Shown here one piece after another: positions 58,013 to 64,000 of a stretch of DNA of 64,000 nucleotides. Position 1 is the first letter of the stretch, and the number at the start of each line of letters is the position of its first letter. The notes beneath the pieces were generated by a model that saw only the letters and a program-made list of their open reading frames with translations, searched no databases and was not told where the DNA came from. The position numbers and the translations under genes were made by a program. Source of the stretch: Candidatus Bathyarchaeia archaeon (GTDB lineage: Archaea > Thermoproteota > Bathyarchaeia > Bathyarchaeales > Bathycorpusculaceae); the NCBI GenBank assembly GCA_049521795.1, contig JBEKOM010000004.1:1-64000 (forward strand), given 5' to 3'.

Positions 58013-59371
58013 TTGACGATGGTAACGTTGGTCTATCCGTATTTTCAGCCTTCGGGTGATAATTCGATTTTCCGATTTCCTCCTTTGGGGTTAGGCTACA
58101 TAGCCGCGTATTTGAAGAGCCACGGCATCTCGGTTGAGGTGGTCGATTGCACCTTCATGAGCCAAGAGGAGGCGTTAGAAAGGATTAGGAATTCGAGACC
58201 GAAGATAATCGGGGTGCAAGTGATGTTTTCGATGAAGGAAAAGGCCCTTGAAATTGCCAAACTTGCCAGAAAAGACTGTGCGCTTCTCGTTGCAGGCGGG
58301 CCGCTTCCAACAGTGGAACCTGAAGAATTTCTCTCGTCCTTTGACGTTGTGGTTGTCGGCGAAGGCGAACAGACCATGCTTGAACTGGTCCGTGCAGTCC
58401 AAGGCGGCACTAGTTTGAAGGACGTGAGGGGAATTGCCTTCAAGGAAAAGGGCGAGGTCAAGGTGACTTCTCCTCGGAGTTTCATCGAGAACCTTGATGA
58501 TGTTCCGTTCCCATCCAGGGAACTGTTCGATAACCAAGCCTACAAGAGTTACTATTCGAAGAACTTCGGTTACACGACAACGTCAATCATAACCTCTCGA
58601 GGCTGCCCGTTCAAGTGTGACTTCTGCAGCAGACCGATATTTGGCAACAGGTTCAGGTCGAGAACGGCTACCAACGTAGCCGAGGAGGTTGAGGCAGTCC
58701 GTGAGCTCGGCTACGAGAGGGTATGGTTCGCCGATGACTGCTTCACGCTGGACCGAAAGAGGATGCTGAACATTTGCGACGAACTGGTTCGCAGACGCAT
58801 CACCATCAGCTGGGAATGCCTGTCAAGAGTTGACACTGTAGACTTGGAAGTCGCTCAGAGGATGAAACAAGCCGGATGTGTTCGCGTGTTTTTCGGAATA
58901 GAATCTGGAAATGAAAAAATCCTCAAAATCATGCAGAAACACGCGACCACGAGACAAGCTATGAATGCGGTCTGCGTTTTCAAGAAGGTTGGAGTTCAGG
59001 TAGGCGCGTTTTTCATAATAGGCTACCCCGGCGAAAACGATGAGACAGTTCTGGACACGGTCAACTTTGCGTCTTCTCTTCCCCTGAATTACCTGTCCTT
59101 CACCTTTCCTTACCCCATTCCTGGAACGCCGCTCTTCGAAAGGGTGAGAGACAGGATGAATTCTGAAGATTGGAAGGAGCCTGAAGGGTTTCATCTCATA
59201 AAGCACAAAATGCTCTTCCGTTCTCCTTTTTCTGAGGTCAAGCTGAAGTTTGCAATCTTCAAAGGCATGACACAGTTCTATTTGCGGAAATACATGGGGA
59301 AAAGAGTTTACAGCCTATTGGGCAGACCGTATGAACGTCTCACGGATGCGTTGTACAGAATCTTGAATTGA
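58013..59371 (+). CDS. Cobalamin-binding radical SAM protein (class B-like)
   Basis: PPLGLGYIAA, GGP, GEGE, TSRGCPFKCDFC, DD.F, GIESG, G.PGE, PIPGT. Confidence 0.93.
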   Translation: MTMVTLVYPYFQPSGDNSIFRFPPLGLGYIAAYLKSHGISVEVVDCTFMSQEEALERIRNSRPKIIGVQVMFSMKEKALEIAKLARKDCALLVAGGPLPTVEPEEFLSSFDVVVVGEGEQTMLELVRAVQGGTSLKDVRGIAFKEKGEVKVTSPRSFIENLDDVPFPSRELFDNQAYKSYYSKNFGYTTTSIITSRGCPFKCDFCSRPIFGNRFRSRTATNVAEEVEAVRELGYERVWFADDCFTLDRKRMLNICDELVRRRITISWECLSRVDTVDLEVAQRMKQAGCVRVFFGIESGNEKILKIMQKHATTRQAMNAVCVFKKVGVQVGAFFIIGYPGENDETVLDTVNFASSLPLNYLSFTFPYPIPGTPLFERVRDRMNSEDWKEPEGFHLIKHKMLFRSPFSEVKLKFAIFKGMTQFYLRKYMGKRVYSLLGRPYERLTDALYRILN

Positions 59372-59479
59372 TTTTTCCCCAGACTCTCAGTTTAGCAGAG
59401 TTCGGTTTCACAGACTTTCTGAAGCAACGCAAATGCGACCACTTCGCAGGCTGTTCTTGTTGTTAGATCTCGCCGTTTT

Positions 59480-60697
59480 TCATCTCGCCGATATCAATCG
59501 GACCAGCAAAACGTTTGAAGCCAGCAGGATGACGGCGAAACCGAATGGAAAGACAATGTTGAAGTTCGTGATCAAAACCGCTGCTATTAACGGCGAGACA
59601 GCGCCCGGTCCGTCACTTGAGAGGAAATAGAGGGAGTAGGCTCTTCCTCCGCTGGATGTGTCTGCTAGAGACGCAACCATCGACGATGCCGGCGTCCACA
59701 TTGCGTTTGAGAACAGTTGATAAGTGAAAAAGGAGACGATTGCGAGCGATGTCAGTGGGATGGTTATGAGGCCAAGAAGGAATATAGCTTGTCCAACGTA
59801 TATGAGCACGAGGGAGTTCTTCTCTCCGAACCTAGAGCTCAGATACCCGCCCACTAGTGAGCCTACGATGCCGACTAATGGTCCGGCGCCGAAGATTATG
59901 CTTGCCACGTCTAGGGCCAAGTGCCGCTGCGAAGTCATATAGGTCGTCATGAATGCGCCCACGCTGCCATTTGCCAAGGCGTTTAATCCCATGGAAGCCA
60001 TTAGGACTATGAATCCCAGAGTTATGAGGGACGATTTACGGGCACTGTGGTGGACTCCCCCATCGTCCGCGCTAATTTGGTCTTGTGTCGTTTCAGGCGG
60101 TCTCTTTGGAAGTCGCTGGGTTCTTGTTCTTACCAAGATCGCGGCCCAAGCCAAGAGTGGCACTGCAAAAAGAAGGTAGCAGAAACGCCAGCCAAACTGA
60201 ATTAACAGCAGGCCCAGGGAAATGGTTCCCAGAGATTGGCCTATGCAACCAGAGGCCCCGTGCAATCCTATGGCGGCGCTCCTTTCCTTCGGGTCAGAAA
60301 ACCATCCTTGGAGAATGCTTAGCCCTGGAGGGTGATAAAGTGTGACGGAAATCATGATCAGGGAAAGGGAGAAAACAAGAAACGCTGCCGTAGTTGATTG
60401 GCTTACAAGCACGGCGCCCAGTCCGCCCACAAGCACGCTCAAAATTATCAGACGTCTCGGTCCAAATCTGTCTGCAAAGATTCCGGCTGGCAAAGTGAAG
60501 ATCAAACGGCAAAGGCTTGGAACTGTTATAATCAGTCCAGCGTCAAAGACCGACAGGTTAAACTCCTTAATGAAAACTGGCACGAGTGCCGGATGCATGA
60601 GAAGAAAAACCTCGATCAGCATGTGGCTGATCCAAACCGTCGTAAAGGGCTTCACTGCTTCGTTTCTGACCTTGAACAGATTCGTGTTCCTGAGCAC
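59480..60697 (-). CDS. MFS transporter
   Basis: About 12 TM, motif A G.FADRFGPRR, YHP. Confidence 0.9.
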   Translation of the reverse strand: MLRNTNLFKVRNEAVKPFTTVWISHMLIEVFLLMHPALVPVFIKEFNLSVFDAGLIITVPSLCRLIFTLPAGIFADRFGPRRLIILSVLVGGLGAVLVSQSTTAAFLVFSLSLIMISVTLYHPPGLSILQGWFSDPKERSAAIGLHGASGCIGQSLGTISLGLLLIQFGWRFCYLLFAVPLLAWAAILVRTRTQRLPKRPPETTQDQISADDGGVHHSARKSSLITLGFIVLMASMGLNALANGSVGAFMTTYMTSQRHLALDVASIIFGAGPLVGIVGSLVGGYLSSRFGEKNSLVLIYVGQAIFLLGLITIPLTSLAIVSFFTYQLFSNAMWTPASSMVASLADTSSGGRAYSLYFLSSDGPGAVSPLIAAVLITNFNIVFPFGFAVILLASNVLLVRLISAR

Positions 60698-60818
60698 CCG
60701 ACTTTCCTAACAATGTACATTAATAATACGATTTCTGTTCCAGTGCCTTCCTCAGGTTTCACGGGTATGCCAGTTTGTACGGCGAAAAACGATATTACTC
60801 GGGCCGCACTTCTAGGTT

Positions 60819-61031
60819 TCATTCATCCAATTCCGTGTATATCCTGTCCAGCTTCAGGCTTGCTCGTTTTCCAGCCAGCCTTAGCAGAACGTAGTGTAGA
60901 GTCTCATGAACTATTATGTTCTCGATCTCGCCTTCGTACAGCCCACCAAAAATGTAGACGATTCCGTAACCAGCATCGAAAACCCCGTGAATTGGGGGAA
61001 ACTGAAAGACAAATTTCAGCGACTTGGCCAT
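60819..61031 (-). CDS. Small HExxH protein (70 aa)
   Basis: IIVHETLHYVL...SLKLDRI, similar to 29377-29904. Confidence 0.55.
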   Translation of the reverse strand: MAKSLKFVFQFPPIHGVFDAGYGIVYIFGGLYEGEIENIIVHETLHYVLLRLAGKRASLKLDRIYTELDE

Positions 61032-61228
61032 TTGTTGTTCCCTTCGTCATGCAGCGTTCTTGGTTCTTCTCCAAAACAACCTAGAGCAGGATTCAGTATA
61101 AGTGGGATATTTCGGTCTGCAAAATATATCGGGCTCTTGAGGAACAATGGTTAAATAGAATGTCCCTATCATTCTGAGAATTGGTGCTTCGAAAATGGGG
61201 TATTTAGAAACACAACCGTAAACGCGTT

Positions 61229-62494
61229 TTGAAGCGTAGTGGACACCCCTTAGAACCCGTGAATGTTCTGGATAAAAAGTTTAGGGAAAGAGTGATTTCA
61301 AGCGCAGACCACCGAGTGCTAGGGCAACAGTTGGATCTGTTTTCGATAAGCGAGGACGTTGGATGTGGTTTGGTGCTGTGGCACCCGAACGGCACCGTTG
61401 TCCGCAACTTGATCAGAGATTACTGGGAGAATGAACACCTGCAGAACGGCTATCAGCTCGTGTGCACGCCACACATTGCACGCAGAGAACTGTGGCAGAT
61501 CTCGGGGCATTTGGATTACTACAAGGATAACATGTACGTTTTCGAAAAGGACGGGGAAGGCTACGTTGTCAAGCCTATGAACTGCCCACTTCACATCGCG
61601 ATCTACAAGAGCAAGCCGAGAAGCTACAGAGAGCTGCCGATTCGCTACGCCGAGTGGGGAACGGTGTACAGGTACGAGCGGTCAGGAACGTTGCAGGGAC
61701 TGCTACGAGTGAGAGGCTTCACGCAGGACGACGCGCACATCTTCTGCACGGTCGAACAGGTCACGCAGGAGATCCTGAACCTGCTGGACTTCACGAGGCA
61801 CGTGATGCGGAAGTTCGGCTTCGAGAAACACCGCGTCTACCTTTCGACTCGTGACCCTGAACATCCTGAGAGGTACATGGGCTCCGACAAGGAATGGACC
61901 GATGCTCAGAATGCTCTTGCAAAAGCACTGGAAGAGAAGCAAGTTGCCTATCAGGAGATGCCTGGGGAAGCCGTGTTCTACGGGCCGAAGATAGACATGA
62001 ACATTGTTGACGCAGCAGGCAAGGAGTGGCAGTGCACGACGTTGCAGTTTGATTTCAACCTGCCTAAGAGGTTCAATGTTACCTACGTCGGCGCAGACAA
62101 CAAGCAACACGAAGTCGTGATGATTCACCGAGTGCTGTTAGGTGCTGTTGAAAGGTTCTTCGCGATACTGTTGGAGCACTGTGGCGGCAGCCTACCAGTT
62201 TGGCTTGCACCCGTTCAAGTTGAGGTTATCCCCGTGACAGACGATTGCCTGGAGTATGCTGGCGCAGTTTGTGCGGAGCTGAGGACTCGCGGGGTGAGGG
62301 CCGAGGTTGACGAAAGCCCGGCTACTGTTGGCTACAAGATCAGGAGCGCAGAAGTTCGAAAGGTTCCCTTCATGGCAATAGTCGGCAAACGCGAAGTCGA
62401 ACAGCAGAAGGTGTCGGTCAGGAAACATGGGACAGGAAATGTCGGCTCAATGACTACTGACGAACTGGCCACACACATGAAAAAACTGGAGTGA
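61229..62494 (+). CDS. thrS: Threonyl-tRNA synthetase, catalytic plus anticodon domains only
   Basis: DHR.LG..LDLF, KPMNCP, R.E.SG...GL.RVRGFTQDDAH, FYGPKID, IHR..LG..ERF, WLAPVQ. Confidence 0.93.
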   Translation: MKRSGHPLEPVNVLDKKFRERVISSADHRVLGQQLDLFSISEDVGCGLVLWHPNGTVVRNLIRDYWENEHLQNGYQLVCTPHIARRELWQISGHLDYYKDNMYVFEKDGEGYVVKPMNCPLHIAIYKSKPRSYRELPIRYAEWGTVYRYERSGTLQGLLRVRGFTQDDAHIFCTVEQVTQEILNLLDFTRHVMRKFGFEKHRVYLSTRDPEHPERYMGSDKEWTDAQNALAKALEEKQVAYQEMPGEAVFYGPKIDMNIVDAAGKEWQCTTLQFDFNLPKRFNVTYVGADNKQHEVVMIHRVLLGAVERFFAILLEHCGGSLPVWLAPVQVEVIPVTDDCLEYAGAVCAELRTRGVRAEVDESPATVGYKIRSAEVRKVPFMAIVGKREVEQQKVSVRKHGTGNVGSMTTDELATHMKKLE

Positions 62495-62527
62495 CGGCTC
62501 TGATGGCCCTAGTTAATTGGTCAAAGT

Positions 62528-62986
62528 CTATTTGATCTCTTCGATCGCTCTCAGAACTTCTTCGGAGTGTTGCTTCACGTCGACCTTGGGGAAGATGTGA
62601 GTGATCTTTCCCTCTTTGTTTATGATGAAGGTGACTCTTTTTGCTATGAACCCTCCGAATCCGAGGACGCCGTAGGCTTTGGCAACTTCCTTTTTGCTGT
62701 CGCTGAGTATGTCAAATGGCAGGTTGTATTTTTCCGAGAACTTCTCATGTGATTCTACGCTGTCAACGCTGACTCCGATCACGACGGCGCCCTTTTCTTC
62801 GAAAGGCTTGTAATTATCCCTGAAGCTGCATGCTTCAGTCGTGCAGCCCGACGTAAAGTCCTTTGGATAGAAGTAAAGCACCACGACGTTTTTTCCGAGG
62901 AAGTCTTTTAGACTCACCGGTCGACCCTCTTCATCCAACAAAGAGAAGTCTGGGGCTGTGTCTCCAACTTTCAGCTCCGTCAACAA
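62528..62986 (-). CDS. bcp: Peroxiredoxin Bcp/PrxQ
   Basis: YFYPKDFTSGCTTEAC. Confidence 0.95.
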   Translation of the reverse strand: MLTELKVGDTAPDFSLLDEEGRPVSLKDFLGKNVVVLYFYPKDFTSGCTTEACSFRDNYKPFEEKGAVVIGVSVDSVESHEKFSEKYNLPFDILSDSKKEVAKAYGVLGFGGFIAKRVTFIINKEGKITHIFPKVDVKQHSEEVLRAIEEIK

Positions 62987-63314
62987 GTTCTACCTCAATG
63001 GAACAATGCTTTATTTGCAGATTTAGGCTTTCTGGCGTCCCGTTGGTGAATTCGTCGCTTCTCTCCTTACTTCTCTGATCTACCTTCTTGTTCCAGCGCC
63101 GATTCAACGAGTAGGCTTATCACGCTCAATGCCTAGGCCACACCTCGTTCCTGCACTGGTGTTTTCACTCGTCTAACACTACCCCTCTCTATTTTTTTCT
63201 CAGTAAGTAATATTAACAAGTCTTAGGCTGGTGTTTGAGCGCTACATTTTGGCGGTTGCTGTGCAATTCTAATATAGCGATTTGTTCCAAAGTATATGCG
63301 AGTAGTGGATTCGA

Positions 63315-63788
63315 TTGGTGACCTTGACTGATTGGACTGCGATTCTTTCAGCCTTGGCAGGTGTGTCCGCAACGGTGTTCATTCTCCTCCAGCTTAGGCA
63401 CATGGAGCAGCACAGAGACCTTGAGGTTTCTATGAAATTGTTCGAGTGGGCAGAGACCGAGAGACTTCGTAAAGCTTTCAGGTGGGTCGAGGAAGAGTTT
63501 CAGTTTGAGAACTATGAGAAGTACAAGGCTGAAGAAACCAAGAGTTTTGAGGTGAGCGATTATCCCTACGAGGTTGAAGCCTATTTTGAGGAGGTCGGTT
63601 TTCTCGTCGTCAAAAAGTTCGTGGACCTCAACATCATTGTTGACCGCCTCGGCTCTTACATCATCGCGGACTGGAAGAGGCTGGAGCCATGGATTTTGGC
63701 CCTCAGAAAGGAGAGGGGCGACGAGACGTTCGGTGAACACTTCCAGAAACTGTATCAAAAAACAGTTGAATCCATGGAAAAGCGTTGA
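63315..63788 (+). CDS. DUF4760-like membrane-anchored protein
   Basis: N-terminal TM ending in QLR, YFEEVG.LV, W..L.P.I...R, F..L. Confidence 0.7.
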   Translation: MVTLTDWTAILSALAGVSATVFILLQLRHMEQHRDLEVSMKLFEWAETERLRKAFRWVEEEFQFENYEKYKAEETKSFEVSDYPYEVEAYFEEVGFLVVKKFVDLNIIVDRLGSYIIADWKRLEPWILALRKERGDETFGEHFQKLYQKTVESMEKR

Positions 63789-63872
63789 AAGGGAGAAGAC
63801 GCGCGTGCTGAAACATATATATCTCTGTTTGCATACGCTAGAAAACTAGCCGGTTATTCGGAGATTATTCAA

Positions 63873-64000
63873 ATGGGCGAAGAGCAGGAAGAACAGCCAA
63901 AGAGCGATGAACAAATCGAATCGCTCAAAGAGGCTGTGGAAACGGAGAAGAGACGTTCAGAAGATTACCTTACGCAGTTGAAGTATGCCCAAGCGGACAT
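63873..64000 (+). CDS. grpE: Nucleotide exchange factor GrpE (5' part; runs off the window)
   Basis: MGEEQEEQ...EDYLTQLKYAQAD matches the GrpE coiled coil before the ADF/EN motif. Confidence 0.75.
   Translation, partial: MGEEQEEQPKSDEQIESLKEAVETEKRRSEDYLTQLKYAQAD

Noticed and set aside
60737-60751. GTTCCAGTG resembling an ORB origin box
   Set aside because: Lacks the GAAAC and G-string, no repeated ORB array nearby, and no cdc6/orc1 in the window
49300-63800. Integron-like cassette array (VOC, SRPBCC, flavin reductase, DUF4760)
   Set aside because: No integron integrase, no recurring RYYYAAC...GTTRRRY attC sites, and mixed gene orientation

Overview
Archaeal chromosome segment, most likely Bathyarchaeia (TACK). 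This is inferred from the 16S sequence style, a dockerin domain, a Zn-type Cren7-like protein and a class II HMG-CoA reductase. The window opens with the 3' end of a 16S rRNA gene that is not followed by 23S. About 0.6-36 kb is mainly housekeeping: rqcH/NEMF, EMC6-like, radA, fumarase alpha/beta, ard1, larA, pyrE, tbp, signal peptidase, a Cren7-like gene missed by the ORF track, tldD/E, lhr, rnz, trm11, prs, mvaA, thpR, cca and uppP. About 37-45.4 kb is an AT-richer (by eye) defence-type island. It carries a truncated wHTH, a PD-(D/E)XK-like nuclease, a DUF6884-like protein, a fused Type IIG R-M enzyme and a membrane-anchored UvrD/helicase IV-nuclease-zinc-ribbon protein. Next is an unusual tungstate uptake locus: dockerin-fused TupA, TupB/TupC with in-frame internal duplications, and ModE with a hidden internal Mop start and an operator over the tupA TATA box. 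About 49-64 kb is a patchwork of small accessory genes, gene remnants and recurring non-coding motifs (phased RTTAC arrays, C-G7-AGGGA, (CG)n runs). It also holds a B12 radical SAM enzyme with an uncharacterised partner, an editing-less ThrRS, bcp and the start of grpE. No tRNA, CRISPR array, integrase or transposase was seen. All family calls come from motif recognition by eye, with no database search.
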